The notes: generated by a model not told the origin, from the sequence alone. Shown: positions 27,219-40,303, counted from the whole stretch's first letter. The stretch is DNA of 61,499 nucleotides, filler included, from Choristocarpus tenellus KU-1152 (GCA_964200185.2; 15 parts of 15 records of this genome joined end to end with filler, not necessarily neighbours in it), one strand, 5' to 3'. Translations and numbers: made by a program.

Positions 27219-28174
27219 NNNNNNNNNNNNNNNNNNNNNNNNNNNNNNNNNNNNNNNNNNNNTTAATTAATTAANNNNNNNNNNNNNNNNNNNNNNNNNN
27301 NNNNNNNNNNNNNNNNNNTATTCTTATGTTGAGGACATTTTATATACACATATGTATATAGTTTTCATTGGTTTTCCCCTGACACATCTGCAACAGAGGG
27401 CATAATAATATAATATACATATGTGTATAAAATGTCCTAAAGTATTTATTCCCTATATTTCTCCTTCAACCACGTGTTTAACAAAATAAATAATAATATA
27501 TTATTGATACTGATTATATATTTCTTGTAGTGCAACTTTAAAGTATGTATGTATGCCTACGTACGTACAATACGGACGATAGCTGTTACTTTTGGAGGGA
27601 TTGTTATGATATTGAATTGGCTTTTGATTGCCTTTTCTTTAACACATCTTCAAAATGTCGAAGGTATAATAATATGTATGAATAAGACATCAACACAATA
27701 TATCATTATGTTTTTTTATATACAACTAAAAAAACGAAAATGTAAAAGGAAAAATTCACCGTTTTTTTTTTGTTCCATCCATATCATCAACAAACCCTGT
27801 CAATTGAAGGAGAAGTTGACCACATCACATTGTGCACGTCGCAAGTCGAACGGGAAGATACAAACCAAAGAAGAAAGGACTGGCATATGTTTACCCCATT
27901 CGTGGTCATTTTAATGTTTTGTGGGCATGGTGAGTACGAGGTAAGTCTGCATCCTGTACTGGTGAACATTTCGGTGTTTCCGGGTAAGCAAAGGGACTCT
28001 TTAACATGCGTTTGGCTGATTCTCACCCGTTTGTCTATATTTCTCTACCGCATCTGATTTTTTTCCGTTTTCCATTTCGCTTCCTCCATGTCACCCCCCC
28101 CTCTTGCTTGGTGGTGTAACAGTTTAAGCTGTAGCATTGTCACCTGAGGAGCTGTTCCGAGGTTCAATTTCAAC

Positions 28175-30145
28175 ATGATTCTTGGCCATGCGAGTGGGGT
28201 TGTGGTTGCCCTGCTGTCAGGTACCTCGACCGTCGAGGGATTTCTTTCTTGGCCAGCGCCACCTATTATGCCTTTAGTAAGGGGTTGCTGTGGCTGTGTC
28301 GGCGGTAAGTTCAAGGTTCATCGACTGTCTAGGTCAACGTCGAATGCCAGTAGTTCCATGACCTTACGAACAACGTCTGTGGCAGCAGGAAGGGGGGGTG
28401 AGGGTGAATTTGTCTCACAACCGATACGAGCTTTTTCGGATGGGCGAAGGTGTGTTAGGGGCGGATTGAAGCGGCCTCGGGGGTGGTCATCGTTTCCTAG
28501 GCGACCAATGCGGTGCCAAGTGATGGCGGTAGGGGTTGGCGCTAATGTGAGCGAGGACGGTGGGTGGAGGAGTATAGGAAGTGGAAGTACTACAAATCAA
28601 TGGTTAGTGGACGATGCATCCCGGGTCTCCACCACTAAAAAGGAATGGGAGCTGCGGAGTATGACCAAGGAGGAACAGGTTTCGCACCTTGGTAGAGGTT
28701 TGAGTCAACTTGGGGCTACTTTTGGATGGTGTCTGACCGACGACCAGGAAATGGAATTGGAAGGGTTCAAAGTGTTGGCAGCGCAGTACACGGCGTATCT
28801 GTCGGAGATGGAGCGGCATTGGGTTAGCGTGGCGGTGGAGGTAGGTTATTTTGCCCATCAGAACCAGCTACGAAAGTCTGGTGAGCCATTTATTACGCAT
28901 CCTATCGAGGTGATGCGCATCCTCTCGGGGCTGAAGATGGACGCCGAGACGTTGGTGGCAGGTATTCTGCACGACACAGTGGAGGATACCCCTCTGGCTT
29001 TCCAGGACATCGAAGCGCAGTTTGGCTCAACGGTTCGGCGGATCGTTGAGGGTGAAACGAAGTTGTCAAAAATCCCAGGTCGAGTGTCTGCCTTCAATGC
29101 GAGCGCATTTGAGATGGAACAGTCTGCAAGGGATGAGGACCTGGCGGCTGGTGTCTCGAAGTCACCTCCACCTGACCCTGAGTCTGTTAAGCAAGCCGAT
29201 AACCTTCGTCATATGCTCATCGCCATGAGCAAGGACTGGAGGGTGTTGGTGGTGAAGCTGGCGGACCGCCTCCATAACATGCGGACCATCTCCTCGATGG
29301 CGGAGCACAAGCAGGAACGCATTTCGCATGAGACAATGGGGGTGTTTGTACCTCTTGCACGGCGTATGGGCCTATGGTCCATCAAGATAGAGCTGGAGGA
29401 CCTCTGCTTTCGCACCCTCAACTTCAGTGAGCACAAGCGTGTGTCTCGCCTCATGGAGCGTCGGACAGAGACCACAGGTCACTCTGACGAGGTGCTAGAG
29501 AACGAGCGAGTGCGCTTGCAGGAAATCCTGGCCCAGACCCCCGGTCTGAAGGACCGCATAGCCACACTGGATGTACAGCTGTGCACCAAGCCTGTGTACA
29601 ATCTTTGGCGGACCATGCAGCGGAACGGGGGCAATTTCTATGCCGTCCTTGATGCCGTTTCCTACAAAGTCACCTTCAGCCTGCGTCCACAGTTGGGTCC
29701 GAATGGCAAGCCTCTCCCGTTTTTCGAAAACTCTGAGAGGGAGAAAGCTGCCTGCTACCAACTACTTGAGAATGTCCATTCTCGACTGGATCCGTTGAGC
29801 CCTCCAAGAGTCGAGGACTACATTGCTGTGCCAAGGCCGAATAATTACCGTGCTTTGCATTCAACAGTTTTCTTGCGAGGGTACCCTGTAGAGGTACAGA
29901 TCCTCACGGAGGACATGGACAGGGTGGCCAGCTTCGGGTTTGCATCCAGTCAGGTTGCCAGGCAGAACGGAAACTGCAAGGTGTTGCCGTGGCTGGCGGA
30001 ATTGCAGACTAGTGCGGAGGTTTATGCCCTGGGGTGTGGGGATGCCTATTCTGCTAGTGTGAGGGACTCCCTCACCAGTCCCCAGGAACGGCGATTTGTT
30101 TTTGACCCTGAGGGGAAAATTCTCGATTTGGCTGGTGACGCAAAG
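28175..30145 (+). CDS. RSH: Plastid-targeted RelA/SpoT homologue (RSH), first exon: presequence, HD hydrolase, degenerate synthetase, start of TGS
   Basis: RKSGEPFITHP, AGILHDTVEDT and VKLADRLHNMRT (HD hydrolase); DYIAVPRPNNYRALHSTV and EVQILT (synthetase-like); RRFVFDPEGKILDL (TGS start). Donor AAG|GTGAGC at 30146; the rest of the 745-aa ORF is intron. Confidence 0.95.
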
Positions 30146-30303
30146 GTGAGCGAGCCACCCTTTTTTTTTTTTGGTGAAGTGGGGGGGGGGGGGGGGTTTG
30201 GATATGTTTTTTTTTTTTTTTTGGTTTTTTTTTGGTTTTTNNNNNNNNNNGGGGGGGGGGTGTGGGGGTGGGGGGGGGGGGGGCGGGGGGGGGGGGCCCC
30301 CCT

Positions 30304-30334
<31 letters not shown>

Positions 30335-31447
30335 GGGGCTTGGAACATTTTAATGTACTTCATAAGTGTTTGTTGTGCTTCTTGTGGTAGGTTTTTTATT
30401 GGTACGAAGTAGACAGTTAAAAAAAAAACTCCACTGAGGTTTTCAGTTCAATTGGTTTGTGATGTGCTGTTGAAATATTTTTCCAGGGAGTTATGTTTTG
30501 TGCAGTGGGAGGAAGTACTCCTTGTGGTGATTGTTCGGCATCGGTTGGTTCTCTTTTGGGTATCCCAATCCCTTAATCCTATTTTTGTGGTGCGGGGCAG
30601 GGGAGAGGGGATGAGCTCGTCAGGATAGGTGCATCAAAGTTCAATCCACCTTTTGTGTCTGTGCATTGAGTTTGTCTTCATTTCTTCCTTCTATAGTCTT
30701 GGATACTGATACCCCAGTTATGTTCCCCTGTTACTTACCGACCTGTCTCCTATGGTACGAGTGCTTATCGCATATTTCCATGTAAGCTCCTCCTGGCAAT
30801 AATCGTGTGTGTTTGTTGGGGGCGGGGGGAGGAGGTGGGGAGGGGGGGGGGGGGGTTCCATTCCATGCCCCTGCGTGTTTTGACATCTGCTTTGATTTTT
30901 TCCCCCCCTCAAGGTCCGTGATGCTGCTTGTGAGCTACACGATGGGANNNNNNNNNNNNNNNNNNNNNNNNNNNNNNNNNNNNNNNNNNNNTTAATTAAT
31001 TAANNNNNNNNNNNNNNNNNNNNNNNNNNNNNNNNNNNNNNNNNNNNACACCAAAAAAGTGAAAATCGAAAAAAGGGTGAAAAACGGACGCCGGCACCCC
31101 CCCCCCAGATACTTTGACCCAGCAGGGAACTACCAAGAATCCTAAGTGCTGAGGCGAATACTGAGTACTCTCTCCAGTTTGAAGAGATCAGGTAGGACCT
31201 CCATGTTACAGCACGCTCCAGAAACTTACCTCCACAGGATGTATAGCTGCAGTCCACAAGCCTATAGATGAAGATGATGCACGTACATGACTCCTGATGC
31301 ACAAGTCGTGAAGTATGCTGGATCTCTCACATGGATTATTCCCTTCATAAATATCATCAATATCATCATATAAAAAGGAACTGGCACTGATGTACCAATT
31401 TGGGGCATGATAATTACTAAATAATATATAAATAGTCAAGAAGTACA

Positions 31448-31910
31448 AATATACCACCTTCGCGGTGGAAAATTTTGGGCGCCTAGGCAAGCAAGCGGAA
31501 TGCTTCCTGGATGAGCTGGCTACACACATGGTGGGGGGGAGAGGAACTGGAGGATATAGCAGTAAAGGAGTAGTTAAATCCCCACTACGCCAAATTGTCT
31601 CAGTACCTACACAAGTGGCACTGTCTAGACGTGTCATGCTTTTAAGCTGGAGTTATGAGGGAGATGGGCACGGAGGGGTTTGTTGGATTCTTGGGATGCC
31701 TCCCTAGCTACTCACCCTGAGGCACGGGAATAGGTAGATTGGAGGCACAGGAAGGCAGTGTTATAATTCAGATGGTAAAATAACAAATAGATCAATGTTT
31801 TCACATTTGTGACATATTTGATTTCTTTAGGGCTTATGCTGACATGTGAATAGTTCTCAGTGGTTTCCCCCCTAACACATCTGCAAAATGTCAGAGGGCA
31901 TAATAATAAT
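31448..31910 (+). mobile_element. 5'-truncated RLE-type non-LTR retrotransposon 3' end with (AAT)n tail
   Basis: FAVENFGRLGKQAECFLDELATHMVGGR...LRQIVSVPTQVALSRRV resembles the restriction-like endonuclease C-terminus. Ends ...AACACATCTGCAAAATGTCAGAGGGCATAATAATAAT. Confidence 0.75.
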
Positions 31911-32489
31911 AAAAATATATCAAATCTAGGACTTCAAGGTCATAATGGTGCTTATGAAACATTGTGTTGGTGTCCTGTAGTTGTTTCTATTTGTAGTTCT
32001 GAAGGGGGAAGCGCCTATTGCAGTACCCTATTTCAGTGTTATTGTCATTTTGTGCCTGTATTCATTTGTGTTGATAGTTGCGAAGAGGGAGAGACTTGCT
32101 GAGACAATCCCTATTTTTATTTTTTTATTGTAAGATGTTTATATATTTAAAAAGATATGTTTATAGTTCCTAGGGAGGGTAAGCCTTTGCATGGGAGCAC
32201 CCAATCTCTTTTGTGACCGCGAGTCATTGACTTAGTATCCTGTAGCTGCTGTGTTTTAGTTCTGAAGGGGAGGCGTCTATGGCAATACCCAAGTTCAGTG
32301 CTACTATGTTTTGTGTCTGTATTTGTGTTTGTTTAGCTTGGAAGGGGGGGAGTCTTTTTAGACAGTACCCTACTTCTGACGTGTATATGAGACTCTGGTG
32401 TAGGGGTCTTCTTTTGAATGTTGAGTCAAATGCAGAGTGAGTGCCGTAGTTGATGAGGTAAGCTTCTGGAGCGTGCTGTAACAATTGCA

Positions 32490-32960
32490 CTCTTTCACAT
32501 TTTGCAGATGCGCGAGGGAAGAACTAAAACTAATAATACATTATTACTATAAATACAACAGTTGTCAATGTTAAGACACCACTCTCTAAAAAATATGTAC
32601 TGTTTGAAGAACTAATATTTCAACGATGTCCCCTTCCTTAAAGGTTAATTACAGAGTAATGTGTAGGCTGCTATGCTTATAACCTAGCTTAGCAATACGA
32701 AGACAAGCGAGGAGGTTGGGAAGCATCTCAGGAATCTTTCAGGTCCCTTCTTGCCCACCTACCCAGTGTCTCTAGTTCGAAACTTGACGTCTCCAGAGAG
32801 TCGCTTGTGTAGTAACGGACATTATCTTTCTGAAACGAGACTTGACATCCCTTTTTCTACAATAACCCAGTGTTTCCCTCCCCCCTACAATCCAACTCAT
32901 ATCCAGGAAACTCTCGGATCGTTTACGAAGATGCCCAATACTTCCAATGTGCAAGTAAGT
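32490..32960 (-). mobile_element. Second, more decayed RLE non-LTR 3' end (opposite orientation)
   Basis: IGSIGHLRKRSESFLD...IVGGR...RFRKIMSVTTQATLWRR, plus the CATCTGCAAAATGT tail motif at about 32495-32515. Confidence 0.65.
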
Positions 32961-34021
32961 GTTGAGATTAGGACCACGATTGTGAACATATCTCTCATAT
33001 TTTATTATTATGCCTCTCATATTGTTTGTGAATGTGATTGTTCTTGGTTGTAGATGGGTTAGTGGTGAACATGTCATGTAGTCGGGTTGTGGCATCATCT
33101 ATATGAATATGTGTGTGTGATCGGTTCCAACTCTGTTCTGATTCTTCTATATCGAGAACCAACTACAATAATCAAGTATTTAAAATAGGGTCACTTTATT
33201 ACTCAACAGAATGGAGGAAAAATCAGAGGACTTAAGTAAATCCAATAAACAGAATCTGACTCATTTAACGTTATGATATTTACCGCTTACGGTAGATTAT
33301 TCTCGATTCTCGATTATTTGCCTTCTGACATTTTTTGATCTGCGTAACGGAGAAAACAAAGGAATTATGTATTTATCTATCATACCGTATCTGTCATTGA
33401 CATATATATATTGCTTTGTAAGATGAAATTTGAACTTCGAACATTCTTCCTCCTTCAAGTTTCGGGGAAAAAATTCTTTATATCAAGTGTATGAACCTTA
33501 AAATGAGAAAAGGGGATTTTGTTGTAGTTCCTTATGAGTAGAAAAAGAAGAACGATCGAGATAAAAGTAGATCTGGGATAGGTTTACTACCTTGTTCCCT
33601 CCCTCATTCCTGGAGACACTCTCTATTACACCCAATCCCCACGACCCTTGCACTCCTGGCCATATCGAATACAGGGCGGTTGATTCTGGTTGGACAACTT
33701 GAACGCGAACGTCCAATCTTATTTTTTCGCGATATTCGGTGTCGCATGAGAAAAAATCCGAACGGGGAATTGTGTGGGAGAGATCTCTCTGAAAGGAAGT
33801 GCTGTTAACTCGAGATAAGGTGCACACAAGGTATCGATGTTGGGTTTTTGTCTGGTATAAGTGTGATTGGCCTTCATGGTGGAAAATGTTGCCCTCATGG
33901 TTATAATACATGTTGGGGGCTCATGTTCACAACCTGATACGGGTATGTCTGTCTCGTGAATTCCTGATTACCCGTTTCAATTCTCGACATCAAAACTAAC
34001 CGTTTTCTTTTCTGAATATAG

Positions 34022-37000
34022 ATGGGGTGTGTGGTCTCGAAGGAGGCGCATCCTGGTGGCTCGCCACCTGAGGACGCTGGTTGCACTTCCTGTTGTGTTT
34101 CAGACGGGGCAACATTAAGTCATGAGGTACCAAACGACAAGCCGCTCGGTCAGTCTGGAGGGGAAGGTTTGCCCGCTGAAGAGCTGTATGTTGGTAACAT
34201 AACTGCAGAAGCCCCGCCAGGACAAGTAGGCAAAATCGGATCAGAGACCTCCATTCCGATCGGCGAGGAGTCGAAGCAAGGTGCAATTCGTAACCTGTAG
34301 TGTTCTTACATGTGTTGGCTCTATTCCTTTTGTTGATATCTGCCCTGCGATACTAAGGTCAACCTCTGTTACCCTTTCATACTCAGGTGTCTCTTTCTGC
34401 TCACTTTCATAGTCGACACCTGCCTGACCCCTCGACTCGGAAATTTTTGCCCCATTGCTCACAACTCTCACATGGGTGAACTATGTTCCACCTATAATTG
34501 AATATCAGAACAAGGTCCTCATGTAAAGGTATCTACGACAAAAGACACAAGCGATGATGGCCTTCATTCGTTGGGCAGCGGTACAACTGTTATTGTTGAT
34601 GGTACATCATACCCGATCACCACAGACGTCACGGTTGGTCATGGTACTGCATCTGTGGGAGAGGGTGCAGGAGAGACGAAGGCCGGAGAAATATCAGCAA
34701 GTATGGAAGGTAGGTTTATCCTGAGCAGATGCCAACGTTATTATGTCATGTTTATGCGCAGCTTATCTTTCAGGTCCAATGTGCTTTTGATGCAGGAAAG
34801 AAAACAAAGGTTCTTAAAAAAGGTAGATGGTGAGTTGCTTGTGCTCATTTTTTTGAGATATTGTGATTCTCGGTTTTAAACCAGGTGCTTTAGTGACTGC
34901 AGCTGCTTTCATTGCTGCCGCATCGCTAGTTTAGAAGTTGGGCGGTTGCTGGAAGTTACATGTTAAAGCAGTGACCTTATCAGTTTTGGTATGTTGCTTC
35001 AAATACAATATGTGAGCTCTTGGTAGATAAGTTCGCAAGCCCGCGGTTGTAAATGTATCAGAGTAATGAGCTGGGTCAGTTCAACCAGATTGGTTTGAAA
35101 GTGCCCCAACATACATGAAGTTGACTCGAAATAGTTCAGTCATTTAAAGTTTTGACTTGCACAACTCCCTGTTGTTCAACTATTTGGTGTCTGTATAGGT
35201 AGAATTTTTATTTGGAGAAACTCTCCCTTCAATCTTTGCATTGCACAGCAGGACTTGACAACTCCAGCAAGACTTGCTATCAACAGCATAGGCGTATACT
35301 GTCAGGCCTTTGGCTGGCCCAAATGCTGAACTGGGAATCGCAACTGTTGGTATCATCGCCCCTTTTCTTTCTATTACACTATGATGAACATCATATTTGG
35401 TGATTTCTTCAATTGCACGAAGAGGGAAGGCAACGCAACTTGTACAAACTTATCTGATTTAGGATTATTTTTTCAAATGATTGAACCTCAGTTCAATTCT
35501 GGGCTTTAGGAAGGTATAGATTGTGTGCATGATAGCATACACATCTTTGTTCAGTATCTGCACCGTGAGTGAATATACTTAAGGAAAGAATCGCTCAGAT
35601 TTAAGTGTTGAGAACTGTGCTGCATATTGAAAAGGCTGAGTTTTCCTTAAAAAATGTATGTGTGCGTTTCGATGTACGCATTGACATACATGCATCCACT
35701 GCTGTCAAATAAATGTCTACCCCTCCTTCCCTCCTTGGCAACATCTCTCTCTCTCTCTCTCTCTCGAAAAAGGTGGGTTCAAGACGGAACCGGTTGAGAC
35801 GGAGAACATGCCGAACGTCAAGACGGAGACCCTACCGGAGACCACTGTGGGAGGTCCCGAGGATGCTGGCGTTGCCGCTTCTGTTCCCAAGGTTGAGCTG
35901 TCAACAGAGACAGGCTCAGGCAACGTTGTGGTTGATTTGAGTGCTTCAACGGGCAAGTTGCCGAGTACTAACATCAATGTTGGTGCTGTTGCTGACAAGG
36001 AGGAGGTCAAGGTATCAGTTCCTGCGGCGAAGTTGGACGAGGCTCCCTCGACTGAGGGAAGTGTGTCTTCTATTTCAGTGTCAGGTGGTAAACCCAGTGT
36101 GAGCGCAGCGGTGACCACACCCATAAAGGAGACAGGAGTAACTCCGTCTCACTCTGCTGGGAGTGGCAGCAAGAGGCAGTCGTGTGAGTGCCCCTGTGAG
36201 AATGCTGATGAGTTGATCTGTGTTGCGCATTCTCAGAAAAAGTTTTGAGACTTTAGTCTTTTTGTACAGGTAAATGTAGACGAGGTGCTGAGAGAAACAA
36301 GAACATTGTGCTTGGCTTGGGAGATTGGCGCCATTTGAAGTAAGAGTTACGACTCGAGATGGTGACCGTGATGCTTGCCAGCTTTTGTCAGATGGGGTTG
36401 GAGACCTTGTGCCATACACACTTTCCCCCTTCACCAGCCTCGCCACACCTTCTTCACCAACCCTACGACTGGCATTTCCTTGCCGATTTTTCTTCTTTTT
36501 TTTTCTTCTTTTTTTTTCCTCTTCAGTTTCGGATGATATCCCAACGATGACTGGAAAAGTTGGTAGTTTTGTGGCCGCCATCGAGGGCAGAAATCACACT
36601 CCCACGGGGGTTACCCCCACGAGTTTTGATCAGTATGAAAGCTTCGATCGCCCAACCCCGAACAAGGTAAGATGAATGCCATCGCATGACTCCTCAAGCA
36701 ATGTCGGGGAGGCTTGAGGCATGTAGATGAATTGGTTAGGGTTAGGTTGAGTAATGTCTCGCTGTGTTCAGTTTTTTTTTTTTTGTCTAATATTATTAGT
36801 TTGTATTTTGCGTACGCACTGCTCGAATATTAATTATTGTTCTCAGTTGTTGTTGTTGTTCTTATGTCATCTCTTCTATACCTGGTTCTGCAGTTTTTTG
36901 AGGGATTGGGGTCACAATCTTCTTTGCTGAGCGCTCATCTTTTTTTTCCAGTGGGACTGAACTGAATTGGCATTTTCTGTTGTGATGGTAAAAACATAGG

Positions 37001-38464
37001 AGCAAGCTGAATAAGTGGATGTTGAAATTTTATTCCATGTGTGACCAGAAGCTTACCTCCCAACAACCCCTGCAACGTTCTTGCCTGCATTGATTTGGTC
37101 CTGAAAACCCTTGAAAGCTCGACATGTCGGCTTACACATCTCCTGCCAAGGCCTCAATCGACACCGGCGCACCTACTTCAGGGGAGATGAATGGTGTGAT
37201 TATCACTAGGGTATTTTGAGTTTCCCTCTGTGTCACAGTTTGATAGCATTCTCTGGATTACAATTACCTTAATTTTTTTTTTTTAGTACGTGTGATACCT
37301 CTCACCCGTTCACATGTCGTGTAGTAAGTAAAACAAAAAATGCCACGTTTGTGCTATTGATATAATACATATATATACATATATAATATATATGTATATG
37401 TATGGAAGGTTCATTTTATTGTATAGCGGTGATAGTCGATTGGGGGTGCATTGCGTAAAGAAAAAAACTTGGAAATATTTGTATTTTTTGTGGGTCGAGA
37501 GTGTGTTGATGGTGCTTCGAAAGGGTCTGTAAAGCTGCTCTTTAATTCTGGTTATTCAAATTGCGGAAGAATAATAATTTTGTTTGTAGGTCTTACACAC
37601 GTGTTAAAAACATAGGCTGTTGAAGCTGGACCGAGTTGTTTTTTTATCATTTTTTTTCCCCGGTGGTAAAATCAAAGCACTTGACCAATTTATAAGAACG
37701 TATTGTGCACTCCACAAGACAGTGTTACCTTCATCTATGATTTCGTGGTAGTTTTCTCCCACAGTTTTACCATAGTGGCCACATTTCCCCTTCAACCTTG
37801 TGCTCTATTTTTGATGGTTGGAGTTGGAGTCAAGTTAAGAGTCAATCTTCTGATGCTGGAATAAGGGCTCCATGCTCTATTTTTGATGGTTGGAGTTGGA
37901 GTCAAGTTAAGAGTCGATCTTCTGATGTTGGAATAAGGCTCCATTCACACCCACGTAAACAGTGGGGGATTATAATTTTTAGTCAAAACCCAATTGCACG
38001 TCATTGTTCATAATACTGTTCAATACCCGATTCTCCTTCAGGAAAGAGGAGTAGATACATTCCCAGAAAAGGATACATTGAAAAACAATTCTGTCTTGTT
38101 CTACCGAAAGGTCCTGAAAATGGAGGACAACCTCTGTTGCTATTTTAAATCTCTCGCCTTGGGGTAATTCCTTCTGTTGCAGAAATACAACTCAACTCCC
38201 TACTTTCAATGTCAGTTGGGATTTTTTTTTCTGATACACCAACGCAACCATCCTCTGCCGTGTTGATGCTCTCTCTAATGGTCATCCCTGGCACAGTTCC
38301 TTTTGGTGGTGAAGTATCTGTTTCTGCGCCCAAGGTCAGTGCTGAGGTGCCCTCTCTGCCTGCTGGTGAAGTTGCCATCTCATCTGTCTCGAGTGAAGCC
38401 TCAGTTCCAGCTGTCTCGGCAGAATTGAGCGGAGGTCTTCCATCTGCTGGTGGTGAAATCTCTG
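34022..38464 (+). CDS. N-myristoylated/palmitoylated (MGCVVSK) Ser/Gly/Val/Pro-rich protein; 6 exons 34022-34280, 34509-34709, 35773-36183, 36527-36666, 37118-37193, 38297-38464 (3'-partial)
   Basis: All five introns are GT-AG and splice phases are consistent (1,1,1,0,1). N-terminal MGCxxS dual-acylation motif; low-complexity GGEVSVSAPKVSAEVPS segments. Confidence 0.8.
37801..37943. repeat. 72-bp tandem duplication in intron
   Basis: TGCTCTATTTTTGATGGTTGGAGTTGGAGTCAAGTTAAGAGTC... present twice. Confidence 0.93.
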
Positions 38465-40225
38465 GTATGATAAGGGGAGACTTGAAGTATTTGGGGGGGG
38501 GGCAGGGGATATATATGGCGGTGTTTTCAAGGTGGGAAGAGCGTNNNNNNNNNNNNNNNNNNNNNNNNNNNNNNNNNNNNNNNNNNNNTTAATTAATTAA
38601 NNNNNNNNNNNNNNNNNNNNNNNNNNNNNNNNNNNNNNNNNNNNGTGAAAAAGAGTTGCAGGGTAGTCTAAAAATTAAGACACGAAAGTATCCTAGAGGG
38701 GGGGGGCGTCAGGTGTCCATTCGGGGCCTGTGTGAACCTGCAGTAATTTTGATGTTCTACTTGGGTTAAAGTGTCAGAGGTAAGGGCAATTTCCTTCATC
38801 TGAATGCACCTTCCTTTTCCATCCCCCTGCCCTGAACCAAACCCGAAGAAAAATCACTGACAAAATGGTTATCAAACTGAGGTATCTTACAACACCCCAT
38901 TAAGCCCCGAATGGACAACCTGATGTAAACGCTCCCCCCTCTTAAGATATTATGGGTCCTAAAGGTTATATTTCTCATCAACGACAAGACAGGGAGGGGA
39001 TTAGTTACATCCTTAAACACCATTTCCAGTCTGGAGGATTGTCCATTGCCAACTGTGGCACTATAGCTCCTCTCCAACCCCCTTTACTCAAACAACAATC
39101 TGCAAAACACACGTAAGAGCTGTCTACAACTATTGTGCCGATTTGACCCGCCTCTCTCTTGAAGACTGTTTTGTTCCTGACAACCACACCTACACTACAC
39201 ATATGCCCACCACTGGGTCCAAACTTGCCATCCATCCACCCATCCACCCACCCATCCAAGATATCGGAAGAGCACACCTTGGCTGAAGAAATTGCTGTGC
39301 AACTACAGTTACTGAGACTTTAGTCACGTGTCTCACACGAGGCTTCATCAGGGCAGGGTCTTCAGCCAGGGGACCAGGACTGAGAGACACCACAGGCAGT
39401 AGGCAGGCATGTCACAACGAAGTTGAGGGCAACACAAGGAGAGGCAGGGCAGGGAGAGCATATTCATGCTCAAATGACTTCAGCTTGTGATTAACAATCT
39501 GCTGTCTAGTCTGGAAGTGCCAACACAGCACCAGGAAACAAACAAATTGCTAAGCATTTTCAGATACCTTTGATCTAAGGATCTTTTGACGGATCTGTGT
39601 ACATGCCAATGTATTAATATAACCACTATTCAACCGCCCCCCCCCCCCCCCCAGTCTTTGAGACAGTCTTGACTCTTCCTGAGTTGGACGATTGCAGCGA
39701 TTCATCAAACACACAAAAGGTATTTCGGAATTCATTCGGTGTACTTGAAGACAAACAGGAATTGGAAGGATGACATCAAACATGTTGGTTGTGTCAAGTA
39801 TTTTGGCTCTTGACCGCCCCCTTACAAGCTTCAGGCGTTTTTGTTTGTTTTCTGCATATATACAAAAAAACAAGAAAAAACTGTGTAAAATATATATATA
39901 TATATATATATATATAAAGCAAAAGAAATTAAACTTAAGTTTTATGAACTGTATCCTGGTGACTTGTGGTCAGGTCATGACTTGCAAGGATGCGTAAGGC
40001 ATCAATTACCATACTACACCATAAAACGGGTTTCCACATAAGTGCAAAGGCTTTCCTAGTGGACACGTCTCACCTACATAACCTTGACTGCTAGTCAGAA
40101 GAACAAGAAGAACACCCGACAACCCAACACCGTTGGATTACACCAAGGGCAACTAGTCTCTTCCACGAAAGAGTTTCCATCGACATCACACTTACAAAAG
40201 AAAATAAATCAACACCAAGCGTGTA

Positions 40226-40303
40226 CAAAAAGTAGGACAGGCGTGTCTCTTGATTCACAGGAATCAAAAAGTAGGACAGGCTTGTCTCTTGATTCACAGG
40301 AAT
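40226..40303. repeat. 39-bp tandem duplication
   Basis: CAAAAAGTAGGACAGGCKTGTCTCTTGATTCACAGGAAT present twice. Confidence 0.92.

Noticed and set aside
30146-30412. G/F-rich C-terminus of the 745-aa RSH ORF
   Set aside because: Follows a strong GTGAGC donor; it is homopolymer-rich intron with an N gap.
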